DNA of 64,000 nucleotides from Oscillospiraceae bacterium (GTDB lineage: Bacteria; Bacillota; Clostridia; Oscillospirales; Ruminococcaceae): assembly GCA_045643005.1 (NCBI GenBank), contig JAZUJY010000152.1:483-64482 (forward strand), written 5' to 3'. Below, in pieces: positions 45,955-55,642 of this stretch. The number at the start of each line of letters is the position of its first letter. The first letter of the stretch is position 1. Both the position numbers and the translations under genes were made by a program. The notes under the pieces are model-generated. The model was not told the DNA's origin, did not search any database, and saw only the letters and a list, made by a program, of their open reading frames with translations.

Positions 45955-47105
45955 TGAACAAATTCAAAAAACTGTATCCCTGGATATTCAGTCTGGCTCT
46001 GGTTGCCTTTACAGCATATGCTGTTCTGGATATCTTTGTAATTCCTAAAAAAGGGGAGATAATCGATACAGGAAACACATTCTCGTTTGCCGAAGCCATT
46101 CCGGATCAAACAGCAGCTTCAACTACGGTTACCACCGCAGTTTCCGGAACACAAAAATCAGCTGCATCAACTACTGTAACAAAAGCTTCATCAGAAAAGG
46201 ATAAAAAAACAACTACAGCAGAAACTACTGCTTCAACAGAAGCAACTACCACTGAATCAGCTGCAGTTTCTGAGGCCGCTTCTCAGAATAACGAAGATCC
46301 GAACAATAACGAAGAAGATGTTAATGTAGACCTCATCGAAGAAGAAGTAAAGCCTATTGAAAGAGGTTCTGAGGAAGATCATATTGCCGATAACTACACG
46401 ATCCAGGTAAGTCAGTTTGAAGCATTCGGATGTACGATACACTGTGCTGATGTTCAGCTTTCACACATTTCTTATCTGAAAACAGCTGCTCCAAACGGTG
46501 ATTTTGGAAACAACAACAAAGACTACACATCTGAAATAGCCAAACAGGTCGGTGCTGTTTTTGCTGTAAACGGAGACTTTTTCGGTTCAAGAACCGAAGG
46601 TATCGTAATCAGAAACGGAAATCTCTACAGAGACAAGCCTTCATCCAAACGTGACTCTTTTGTTATCTGGAATGACGGTTCATGTGACATGTATATTCAT
46701 GAAAATTCAACATCAGGTTCTGAGCTTGCTTCAAGACAGGCATATCAGGTATTTACATTCGGACCGGGTCTTGTGAGAGACGGCGAAATACTCATTGATG
46801 AAAACACTGAAGTAAACGGAAACCATATCGGAAACACAAACCCAAGATGTGCTATCGGCTACTATGGTCCAAATCACTTCCTCTTTGTAGCAACAGACGG
46901 AAGATATATAAACGACGAGCCGGGACTAAGGCTCTATGATCTTGCACAGATCCTGAGAGACAAAGGTGTTGCACTCGGCTACAATCTTGACGGCGGCGGA
47001 TCCACAACAATGTTCTATAATGACGGACTTCTCAATACTCCTGCAAATAACAGAAACGATCTCGGAGAAAGAAAAGTCAGCGATATCATATATATCGGAG
47101 GTTGA
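45954..47105 (+). CDS. Membrane-anchored phosphodiester glycosidase (NAGPA/DUF2233) family protein
   Basis: N-terminal TM segment, then a Thr/Ser/Ala linker. NAGPA motifs are VFAVNGDFF, NPRCAIGYYGPNHFLFVATDGR and GYNLDGGGSTTMF. The ATG overlaps the GT2 stop (TGATG). Confidence 0.8.
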   Translation: MNKFKKLYPWIFSLALVAFTAYAVLDIFVIPKKGEIIDTGNTFSFAEAIPDQTAASTTVTTAVSGTQKSAASTTVTKASSEKDKKTTTAETTASTEATTTESAAVSEAASQNNEDPNNNEEDVNVDLIEEEVKPIERGSEEDHIADNYTIQVSQFEAFGCTIHCADVQLSHISYLKTAAPNGDFGNNNKDYTSEIAKQVGAVFAVNGDFFGSRTEGIVIRNGNLYRDKPSSKRDSFVIWNDGSCDMYIHENSTSGSELASRQAYQVFTFGPGLVRDGEILIDENTEVNGNHIGNTNPRCAIGYYGPNHFLFVATDGRYINDEPGLRLYDLAQILRDKGVALGYNLDGGGSTTMFYNDGLLNTPANNRNDLGERKVSDIIYIGG

Positions 47106-47110
47106 TCAAC

Positions 47111-47545
47111 ATGAGCGAAACAAATTATAATCTTGAAGCCGTAACAGAAAAAACTCCGAAGGAAAAAAGCAAAAAGCTTGCTGTCATATATCTTTGCATC
47201 ACAATTTTTACTGCAATTTTCGGAGCTGTATATTCTGCTTTCGGACATGGTATCATTTCGTACCCTATGAAGCTTGCTTTTCTGTTCCCTCTTGTTATGG
47301 GACTTATTCCTTCTTTTATTCTTTCATTAAACAACAACGGCATTTTTCCTAAAATGCCTGCAAGATATCTCTGGCATTCTTCTGTTTCCCTTTTGACTGT
47401 CGGATCCGTTTTAAGAGGTGTTCTTGATATTTACGGAAACAACATGAATCCGTATCCTCGTGTTTATGTAATTGCAGGATGCGTTTTTGCATTAGCGGCT
47501 GTTATTTCACAGCTGGTTCTGAAGAATAAAGAATCAATAGAATAA
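47111..47545 (+). CDS. Small membrane protein (4 TM segments)
   Basis: GGAGG lies 9 nt upstream of ATG 47111. The protein is hydrophobic throughout. Confidence 0.55.
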   Translation: MSETNYNLEAVTEKTPKEKSKKLAVIYLCITIFTAIFGAVYSAFGHGIISYPMKLAFLFPLVMGLIPSFILSLNNNGIFPKMPARYLWHSSVSLLTVGSVLRGVLDIYGNNMNPYPRVYVIAGCVFALAAVISQLVLKNKESIE

Positions 47546-47747
47546 TACTATTTTTCCCCTTGCCGGAAATCATTCCGAAAAGGGGATTTTAGCTTTATTA
47601 TGTCATAATTCTGAATTTATAATGACACTTTATTTTTTCTATTGATACTTATATTTTTATAATTTATAATTATGTAGTGGAAAACAAAATATAGAGATTA
47701 AGCCATTTTTCTAAACAAAATGTTTTTTCACAGGAGGTATTTCTATA

Positions 47748-48965
47748 ATGAAAAAAGCAAGCAAATTATATGCAATTTTAACAGCAGCTGCTGTATCATT
47801 CAGCGTTCTGACTGCAGCAGGAGGAGCTAATGCTGCATCAGCACTTAAGGGCGATACTAACGGTAATGGAACTGTTGATTCTTCAGATGTCATCACTCTT
47901 ATCAATTATCTGTTAAGTAAAGATGGAAGTTCATTTAACAACGAACTTGCTGATGTAAACAACGACGGAAAAGTAAATGTTAGCGATCTGATAATGATAA
48001 AAAGCGGTATTCTGAACGGTACATTCAGCGAAGCTGATGTAACAACAGATGTATCCGAAACTACAGATGTAAGCGAAACAACTGACATTTCATCAAATGA
48101 CGTTCCTCAATATCAGGAACCTGTCATCGAGGGTGAAGAGCTTGTTGAAGAAGAAGAGGCTTCGTATTATGATGATAATATTTCAATAAAGATCAACAAA
48201 TACAGAAGATATGATACAACTATCCATCTTGCAGATGTCAGACTTTCATCTCCTGAATACCTCAGAACCGCACTTGCCAACAACAAATACGGAAAAAATA
48301 TTGCCAAGAATACAACAGAGATCGCCGAGCAGGTTGATGCTATATTTGCTGTAAACGGCGACTACTACGGCTTCTATAACAGAACTGACGGCATAGTACT
48401 AAGAAACGGAGTTCTTTATCAGGACAAACCGGGCAAATCAAGAGATGCACTTGCAATTTATCCTGACGGATCATTTGAGCTTATAACACCTGAAACATCA
48501 ACATCAGGTGCCGAACTTCTTGAAAAAGGTGCATATCATGTTCTTTCATTCGGACCTGCTTTATATGACGGATCAAAAATACTTGTCGGGGAAAATCAGG
48601 AAGTCGGCTCACAGCACAGATCTTCTAACCCGAGAACAGCGATCGGTATAGTTGATAAAAACCATTATATGTTTATGTGCTCTGAAGGACGTTTGTCAAA
48701 CGAAAAGGGTCTTTCTCTTTATCAGGTCGCAGAATTTATGAAAGATCACGGCTGTACCAAGGTTTACAATCTTGACGGCGGCGGATCATCTACAATGTGC
48801 TTAAACGGAAAGCTCGTAAACAGACCGACAAATGACGGAAAGAAAATCGCTCAGAGAGAAGTTAGTGATATTGTTTACATCGGTTACAAAGCTCCTTCAT
48901 CTTCAAAGGAACCTGCCAAGGAAGAACCGGGCAGAACAGAACCCGGTAATGAACCAAAAAAATAA
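47748..48965 (+). CDS. Cellulosomal phosphodiester glycosidase (NAGPA) with N-terminal dockerin
   Basis: After the signal peptide comes the dockerin LKGDTNGNGTVDSSDVITLINYL...DVNNDGKVNVSDLIMIKSGI. NAGPA motifs are IFAVNGDYYGF, NPRTAIGIVDKNHYMFMCSEGR and VYNLDGGGSSTM. Confidence 0.85.
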   Translation: MKKASKLYAILTAAAVSFSVLTAAGGANAASALKGDTNGNGTVDSSDVITLINYLLSKDGSSFNNELADVNNDGKVNVSDLIMIKSGILNGTFSEADVTTDVSETTDVSETTDISSNDVPQYQEPVIEGEELVEEEEASYYDDNISIKINKYRRYDTTIHLADVRLSSPEYLRTALANNKYGKNIAKNTTEIAEQVDAIFAVNGDYYGFYNRTDGIVLRNGVLYQDKPGKSRDALAIYPDGSFELITPETSTSGAELLEKGAYHVLSFGPALYDGSKILVGENQEVGSQHRSSNPRTAIGIVDKNHYMFMCSEGRLSNEKGLSLYQVAEFMKDHGCTKVYNLDGGGSSTMCLNGKLVNRPTNDGKKIAQREVSDIVYIGYKAPSSSKEPAKEEPGRTEPGNEPKK

Positions 48966-48975
48966 TATCCGGTCA

Positions 48976-49127
48976 TATAACAACACAGAGGATATCCCCC
49001 GCCTCTGCAGGCGACGGGTTCTATCTGACCAAACAGTCGGAGTACAATCTCCGACTGAGCGGAAACCGATTTTACGAATCGCCTCTGCTTGTTAAAAGCA
49101 GAGCTTTGAACAACACAGAGCTTTGAA
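48976..49127 (-). repeat. Modular multi-hairpin intergenic repeat, long copy C (reverse orientation)
   Basis: It is the reverse complement of copy A with scattered substitutions, and one arm of the long hairpin is degenerate. Confidence 0.9.
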
Positions 49128-49131
49128 AAAA

Positions 49132-49172
49132 CCCATTGCTTATCATTCAAAAATAAGCAATGGGCTTTTTTT
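49132..49172. terminator. Bidirectional terminator between convergent genes
   Basis: AAAAAA-CCCATTGCTTAT-cattcaaaa-ATAAGCAATGGG-CTTTTTTT. Confidence 0.85.
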
Positions 49173-52100
49173 ATCGTATCATATTTTTTATAGCTATAAA
49201 GTCAATAATATTTATCATTCCGTCATTATTAAGATCAGCATTAAAAAATGTTATAAAATCACTTATATATTTTTTCCCAAGAATAATTTCTTCCAGAATT
49301 TCTTTATCCTCAGTATCTATCTTTGAATCACTGTTAATATCTCCTTTAAAAGTGTTTCCGATACTTGTTTCAAAAGATGAACAAACAGATCTTAATACGA
49401 TCAGATCTGTTATATCTGTGTTTCCGGAAAAATCAATATCATATTTCTCTGACCTGATATTTGAATTTGTTTCTCCTGTAAAAAGATACTCATACATCAG
49501 TACGATATCCTTCTGATCTTTCTTTCCGTCAGAATTAATATCTCCTCCGGTCTTTTCATTATCTGTATTTGCAACAGGAATAACAGAATAATTCCAGTTA
49601 TACACCTTTGAAGAAGGAAGAAGATACTGTGATAGTGTTCCGGGTCCGCATGTTGCTGTTCCTGTTCCCATAGAACCATAGTTTATTCCAAGTATTGTCT
49701 CCTTTCTCGGAGTCAGCTCGTAAACATGGGAAGCTGAATTCAGATCAAAGGGAGTAAAATGAAGAGCCTGCGCTTCGAGTGGTGATGAAGCTTTAACAAG
49801 AACAGCAGTTTCTTTTGTCGGATCACTTACTGATATCCATCTGACTCCGGTAAGATTTCCGGTATCATCTACCTTCATATACGGATAGAAAAAGTCTGAA
49901 ACTGTTTTATTCCATATTCCAACTCTTGCACACGATCTTCTGTCATTGTAGGTTTCATCCGGACCGTTTCCGTACCAGGAAACATTTTCAAACCCTTCAG
50001 GCAGGACCATCTTTGTTCCAACTCTAAGGAAATTACCCATTCCCGATCTCGTTGCATCTACAGAAACATCAACATTTATTACTCCGTCACCGTAAATCCT
50101 GTAGACCATTTTCTGCGACGTATTTCCTGCATCAGGAAATACAATATCAACTGTTATTTCTTTTGCACCGCTGCCGTCTTCTGAAACCGAGATATTTTTT
50201 ACCTTTCCGTTGCCGTCTGCCTTCTCCCAGTTTGTGTCAAACAGCTTGCTTCTTCCGGAGTTTCCGTCATTTTCAGTCAGTCCTCTGTAAAAATTCGCCT
50301 CAGGTCCGCTTTCAAAAAGTATTTCTCCGTTATAAGTATAATTTGAAAGAAGACCTGTGGAACTGTCAAGAACTACTTTAAAATTTTCTCCGCTGATAAG
50401 ATATCCGCTGTCATTTTCTTCAACGGATACGTTGGTGTCATGATGAACTTCTTCTGAAGTATTTGCCTCGGCAGATACTCTGAACTGTCCGAAAGCAAGC
50501 TCGGTTCCTGCCTTTATAAGATCTTCATCAATTTTTTGTTTTACGGAGATATCAAGGATCAGCTCATCACCGGAACTTACTGATGAAGGAAGAGTATACG
50601 GAATTGTCAGGATCCCTGATGAAAGCGGTTTGACTGATACAGCTTCCGCCTTGCCTTCATCACATATTTCTCCGTTCTTTAAAAGTCTGAATGATACATC
50701 ATATTCTGACAGATCTTTAAAAGAGTTTTCGTTATACACTATAACATTTTGACTTTTCAGAACTTCCCCATCTGACGAAAAACGGAAATTCTGATACTGA
50801 TATTTTACTTCATTTATCTCCGGCTGCGGATCCCTGTCCGGACTGACTATACCGTTCTGACAAAAGCTGTTATCATTCGGAACGTCTCCCCAGTCACCGC
50901 CGTACGCCATAAAATGACCTTTTGTTTCTTCAGAATATAAATGCTTATGAGCATCGTCAAGCGAATAATAATCCCACGGACCTGATTTTTCCAAGACGAT
51001 ATCACTATAATCAAGCCATACAAGCACTGAAGGATCTGTTGAAGCTATATTCGGAGATGAACTCATCTGTCCCTTTATTTCGCTTGCTGACAAAGCCTTT
51101 GAGTAAATTCTCGCAACCGAAATCGCTCCGTCAAATCTTCTTCCTGTCTCAGTATCGATGCCGATTCCGACAGGCTGACTTCCTCCTGCAATACCGTCTG
51201 AAACTGATGTTTTCTTCATCAAAACGCCATCAACGTATATCGATATATTTCCTTTGTCATATACACCGGCAACCTGATGCCAGTTTCCGACCCATCCTGA
51301 AGGAAAATCACACGAAACTGCTTTCCACTCTGAATCATAGACGAAAAATTCCAGTCCGCTGCCGGAGCTTTTTGTTTTCAAAGCCGCCTGTGTATCGCCC
51401 TTTGCTATAATAACGTTATTTAAATCAGATGAATCAGGCTTTACCACTGCTTCAAAGGTAAATGATTTACCTGTTCCTGATAAAACTGAATTGAGCTTTG
51501 AGCTGTTTGTAATGACCGAATATCCTGTAAAAGCCTTTCCGCTGTTACAGGTTTTACCTGAAGCGTCTGAAATAAATGAAGAATCGGAGCCTGTACATTT
51601 TCCCTGATTTCCTTTACTGTCCGTAAAAATCCATTCCGAACCGCCTTTGTCAATACTCACCAGTCTTGACTGATCTGCCCAGTCCCATATAAAACCACCA
51701 AGCATATTGTCTGCACTTCTTATAACATCCCAGTACTCCTTCATTCCGCCGACTGAATTTCCCATGGCATGACAGTATTCGCACATAATATACGGTATTT
51801 TTCCGTTTCCTGCCTTATATTTTATCCCATCCTGTGAAGGATACATCTGGCTTGACAGGTCAACGCCCATCGAATCTCCCTGTCCTTCACTATGAACCGG
51901 TCTTGTAGGATCATTTTTCTTAAAAAACCAGATCATATCTCTGAACAGACCGTTTGATGATCCCGGATCTCCGGTATATACCATTTCATTTCCAACAGAC
52001 CAGCTGAATATAGCAGGATAATTTTTTAATCTTTCAAATGCTGTTTTGGTCCTGTCCATTCCAAGTTCATAGAAAAGACCCTTTGCATCATCATCATTCA

Positions 52101-53640
52101 TAAGTGCATGTGACTCCATATTAGTCTCAGCCATCATATACAAGCCGTATTTTCCACACAGCCAGTACATATATGAATCATTGCTGTAATGAGAAGTACG
52201 AACAGCGTTAATGTTGTACTGCTTCATAAGACGAACATCTTCCAGCATTGTTTCCTTCGGAGTTGCTTTTCCATGAACGGGATCGGTATCGTGCCTGTTT
52301 ACGCCTTTTATCAGAAGATGTTTTCCGTTTATTGTAACAGGATCCCATTGTGATGTTGTTACTCTGAAGCTTCCGTCAACCTCTGTACGTGTAAATCCTA
52401 TCTCTCTGAAACCAAGCTGTGCTGATACGGTTTCTACAGATCTTGAATTTCCGTCTTTAAGAGTAAGAACCAGAGCATATATATTCGGATCCTCTGCACT
52501 CCAGAGCTTTGGTGATGAAACAGGAATCTCAATTTCAAAAGAACCTTTTTTTCCTGACGATGCACTGATTCCCGTTATTTCCTGACCGGTTAAAATATCG
52601 GTTCCGTTTTCATCAAATGCACTGATCTTCATACTCCATCCTGACATGTCAGATGTTGAATTATTTTTTATTTCACCGTTGATTTTCAGAACAGCATCTC
52701 TATAGTCCGAATCCAGATCAGTCACAACCGTATAGTCATCAATTTTGATCAGCGGCTCCGATGTAAGAAAAACATCACGGAAAATACCGCCATCGTAGAT
52801 CATATCCTGATCCTCAAACCACGTTCCGTCACAAAATTTATGAACTTCAACGCAGAGTGTGTTTTCTCCGTCCTTAAGATAATCAGTAATATCGAATTTA
52901 TGCGGACTGAACGAATCTTCACTGTATCCGACCTCTTTGCCGTTAAGATAAACATAGTATGCTGACTCAACACCGTCAAACTGAATATATGTTCTCCTTC
53001 CTGAATCATATATATTTTCGCCCGGAATAAATTTTTTTATATATAGTCCCACCGGATTATAATTCACCGGAGCCGCCGGAGCCTGAACAAAGCTGTCATA
53101 TTTCGACTGAAACGGCACTGAAATATTCGAATAAATAGGAAAGTCAAACCCCTGACACGTCCAGCTTTCCGGCAGAGTAACTTCTTTGAAGTTCTTGTCA
53201 GGAATATAGCTTTCATCTGCAAAGCCTTCAGAAAAATATTTGTCTGCTTCAGATTGATTCATCACTACATTGAGTGACCACAGCTGATCCTCACCGGTCA
53301 GCAGCTGAAAATACTCAGAAGCTTCCCTCGCATCATAATCATTTACCGCATCACAAGCAGATCGTTCATCCTGAAACGGTACAATCGTCACTGACGCCTC
53401 TTCCCTGTTGATACCGAAAACATCCTCAGCATTTTTTTTGTTTCCGTTCAGATCGGTATACGACGTTCCTGTCCACTCCTTATGAGTAAATTTTTTGGAA
53501 TCTGTATCAGTTCTGAAACATGGCATCAAACCTTCTGATGACGTTCCTGCTGCCTTGAGAGTATGATATTTTTCTTTTGGCAAAGCAGACACAGCGATAA
53601 AAACTGCTGTAAAAAATGCAATGATTTTTTTGATTTTCAT
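49171..53640 (-). CDS. Cellulosomal GH2 beta-galactosidase-like enzyme with inserted LamG/ConA-like module and two C-terminal dockerins
   Basis: The start MKIKKIIAFFTAVFIAVSA is at 53640. GH2/LacZ-like motifs are WTCQGFDFPIYSNISVPF, NAVRTSHYSNDSYMYWLCGKYGLYMMAETNMESHA and MCEYCHAMGNSVGG. There are two dockerins, each with two DxNxDGxxD segments. Confidence 0.9.
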   Translation of the reverse strand: MKIKKIIAFFTAVFIAVSALPKEKYHTLKAAGTSSEGLMPCFRTDTDSKKFTHKEWTGTSYTDLNGNKKNAEDVFGINREEASVTIVPFQDERSACDAVNDYDAREASEYFQLLTGEDQLWSLNVVMNQSEADKYFSEGFADESYIPDKNFKEVTLPESWTCQGFDFPIYSNISVPFQSKYDSFVQAPAAPVNYNPVGLYIKKFIPGENIYDSGRRTYIQFDGVESAYYVYLNGKEVGYSEDSFSPHKFDITDYLKDGENTLCVEVHKFCDGTWFEDQDMIYDGGIFRDVFLTSEPLIKIDDYTVVTDLDSDYRDAVLKINGEIKNNSTSDMSGWSMKISAFDENGTDILTGQEITGISASSGKKGSFEIEIPVSSPKLWSAEDPNIYALVLTLKDGNSRSVETVSAQLGFREIGFTRTEVDGSFRVTTSQWDPVTINGKHLLIKGVNRHDTDPVHGKATPKETMLEDVRLMKQYNINAVRTSHYSNDSYMYWLCGKYGLYMMAETNMESHALMNDDDAKGLFYELGMDRTKTAFERLKNYPAIFSWSVGNEMVYTGDPGSSNGLFRDMIWFFKKNDPTRPVHSEGQGDSMGVDLSSQMYPSQDGIKYKAGNGKIPYIMCEYCHAMGNSVGGMKEYWDVIRSADNMLGGFIWDWADQSRLVSIDKGGSEWIFTDSKGNQGKCTGSDSSFISDASGKTCNSGKAFTGYSVITNSSKLNSVLSGTGKSFTFEAVVKPDSSDLNNVIIAKGDTQAALKTKSSGSGLEFFVYDSEWKAVSCDFPSGWVGNWHQVAGVYDKGNISIYVDGVLMKKTSVSDGIAGGSQPVGIGIDTETGRRFDGAISVARIYSKALSASEIKGQMSSSPNIASTDPSVLVWLDYSDIVLEKSGPWDYYSLDDAHKHLYSEETKGHFMAYGGDWGDVPNDNSFCQNGIVSPDRDPQPEINEVKYQYQNFRFSSDGEVLKSQNVIVYNENSFKDLSEYDVSFRLLKNGEICDEGKAEAVSVKPLSSGILTIPYTLPSSVSSGDELILDISVKQKIDEDLIKAGTELAFGQFRVSAEANTSEEVHHDTNVSVEENDSGYLISGENFKVVLDSSTGLLSNYTYNGEILFESGPEANFYRGLTENDGNSGRSKLFDTNWEKADGNGKVKNISVSEDGSGAKEITVDIVFPDAGNTSQKMVYRIYGDGVINVDVSVDATRSGMGNFLRVGTKMVLPEGFENVSWYGNGPDETYNDRRSCARVGIWNKTVSDFFYPYMKVDDTGNLTGVRWISVSDPTKETAVLVKASSPLEAQALHFTPFDLNSASHVYELTPRKETILGINYGSMGTGTATCGPGTLSQYLLPSSKVYNWNYSVIPVANTDNEKTGGDINSDGKKDQKDIVLMYEYLFTGETNSNIRSEKYDIDFSGNTDITDLIVLRSVCSSFETSIGNTFKGDINSDSKIDTEDKEILEEIILGKKYISDFITFFNADLNNDGMINIIDFIAIKNMIR

Positions 53641-53959
53641 TTTAAAAATCACTCTCCTTAAATAAATTTAACTTTACACTATTCCTATCGGCACACAAAT
53701 TTATGTCGATATGTATATTATATTATCGAACTTGTATAATGTCAACATAATCATGTAACATTTCTTTTATTTTTTATAACAAATAACACATCGCATTGAT
53801 AGATTTCAACCGCTGAGTACAGTCAGACAAATTGTCATATAGAATAACTTTTAATCAGATTGGTTTAATCCAATTTTATTCAACTTTAACAAAGATATAT
53901 ACATCGTTATGTTGCTAATATACATATTCAGAAAATTTATTTTTACTCATATTTCGTTA

Positions 53960-53988
53960 TTGACATTTTGATGTCGTTGTGATAAAAT
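53960..53988 (+). promoter_or_regulatory. Near-consensus sigma-A-type promoter with no annotated gene downstream
   Basis: TTGACA (53960..53965), a 17-nt spacer, then TAAAAT (53983..53988). Confidence 0.45.
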
Positions 53989-53994
53989 AATATG

Positions 53995-54101
53995 TGTTAA
54001 AAAAAAATCAGCAGTTTAGATAGCAATAATAATTTAGTTTAAAAGGAAATATTTATATACATAAAGGAGCAGTGGATGATCGTCGATACTGCTCCTTTTT
54101 T
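53995..54101 (+). ncRNA. Candidate ~100-nt small transcript (sRNA or carrier of a 22-codon micro-ORF)
   Basis: It is bounded by the promoter above and by the terminator GGAGCAGT (54066..54073) / ACTGCTCC (54088..54095) + T6. AAAGGAG and the ATG at 54076 sit inside the hairpin. Confidence 0.3.
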
Positions 54102-54114
54102 CATCATAAAATTA

Positions 54115-54157
54115 CAAAAAAATATCCGTATCATTTTAAAGTGATACGGATTTTTTA
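54115..54157. terminator. Bidirectional terminator (3' end of the aminotransferase gene)
   Basis: AAAAAAA-ATCCGTATCA-ttttaaag-TGATACGGAT-TTTTT. Confidence 0.8.
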
Positions 54158-54180
54158 ATAATATACAACTTTTTAATGCA

Positions 54181-55437
54181 TTATTTCGACAAAGCTTCCT
54201 TAACTGATCTCATTACTATATTCAGACCTTCTGTAAGTATCTCATCCTCGATAGTAAGAGGCGGCATGATCTTAAGTACTCCGTCATGTCTTCCTGCAAC
54301 CTCAAGGATCAGATGATTGTCAAATGCCTTGTGGACGCAATCGATCGCGATCTTAGAATCGATCTCGTTGAAATCAATGCCCCAGATCATTCCTATTCCT
54401 CTGATTTTTATTCTTTCATCAAGAGGTCTGATCTCTTTTTCAAGGAACTGTTCGATAATTACACTCTTACGTTTAACCTCTTCGTCTATCTTATGCTCGT
54501 TAAAATATTTTATTCCGGCCTTTGAGCCGACAAATGCAAGCTGATTTCCTCTGAATGTTCCATTATGTTCTGCAGGTCTGAATATATCAAGCTCCGGCTT
54601 TACAAGAACTATTGACATAGGAAGTCCGAATCCGCTTATCGATTTTGAAAGAACTACCATGTCAGGCTCTATTCCTGCTCTTTCAAAAGAGAAGAACGTT
54701 CCTGTTCTTCCATTTCCGACCTGAATATCATCCACGATCATCAGAACACCATGTCTTGTACAAATATCTCTGACTTTCTTCAGCCATTCAACTGATGCAA
54801 TGTTTATACCGCCCTCGGCCTGAACTGTTTCAAGAAGAACAGCCGCCGGCTTGTCTATTCCTGAATGATCATCCTCAAGTACCTCTTCAAGATAATCGGT
54901 CGAATTGATCCTGCTGTTGCAGTAAGGCATAAATACAGCGTTGTTTAAAGGAACTCCTGCGCCTTCACGGCTGACCTGGTCTGTTGTGCAGGCAAGACTT
55001 CCGAGTGACATTCCGTGGAATGCTCCTGAAAATGCGATAACATTTGTTTTACCGGTATTTTTTCTTGCAAGCTTGAGCGCTGCCTCTACTGCGTTTGTTC
55101 CTGTTGAACCGCAGCACATTACTTTATAGTCAAGTTTTCTTGGCTTTAAGATCATTGTTTCAAGGGCTTCTATAAACTCTTCCTTTGCCTTGGTATACAT
55201 ATCAAGGGCATTTATGATCCTGTCCTCTGACAGATAATCAAGAACCGCTTTTTTTATTTCACTGTTGTTGTGACCATAGTTTACCGAACCCGCAACTGCA
55301 AGGAAATCTATATAACGAACATTGTCAGTCGAAAAAAGCTCGGCATTTTTGGCATGATCAAAAACTACCGGATACTTTCTGCAGTATGATCTGACATTTG
55401 ATTCATATTTTTCAAATATTTCAAACATTTTATTCAT
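54181..55437 (-). CDS. Class-III PLP aminotransferase, diaminobutyrate--2-oxoglutarate transaminase-like (EctB/Dat type)
   Basis: The N-terminus is FEKYESNVRSYCRKYPVVFDHAKNAELFSTDNVRYIDFLAVAGSVNYGHNN. It also has MIVDDIQVGNGRTG and VVLSKSISGFGLPMS (PLP lysine). Confidence 0.8.
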   Translation of the reverse strand: MNKMFEIFEKYESNVRSYCRKYPVVFDHAKNAELFSTDNVRYIDFLAVAGSVNYGHNNSEIKKAVLDYLSEDRIINALDMYTKAKEEFIEALETMILKPRKLDYKVMCCGSTGTNAVEAALKLARKNTGKTNVIAFSGAFHGMSLGSLACTTDQVSREGAGVPLNNAVFMPYCNSRINSTDYLEEVLEDDHSGIDKPAAVLLETVQAEGGINIASVEWLKKVRDICTRHGVLMIVDDIQVGNGRTGTFFSFERAGIEPDMVVLSKSISGFGLPMSIVLVKPELDIFRPAEHNGTFRGNQLAFVGSKAGIKYFNEHKIDEEVKRKSVIIEQFLEKEIRPLDERIKIRGIGMIWGIDFNEIDSKIAIDCVHKAFDNHLILEVAGRHDGVLKIMPPLTIEDEILTEGLNIVMRSVKEALSK

Positions 55438-55642
55438 CTTCCTTAAGATTTCAAATTATTGCGAAAAGGTCAGTGTATATGTGACCTCACGTATTTTAAT
55501 TTTAACACTTATCAGAGTGATAGTCAACAATTTTTTTTCATTATTATTTTAATTAAATTTACCTTAATAAACATATTTTCAAATTAAATACCTCTTAACA
55601 GTGTCTTTATTTTGAAAAAAATATGACATATCATTAATTTGA

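Noticed and set aside
25236-49127. The palindromic repeats could be a CRISPR array.
   Set aside because: The copies are kilobases apart in separate intergenic regions, occur in both orientations, lack regular spacers, and have no cas genes nearby.
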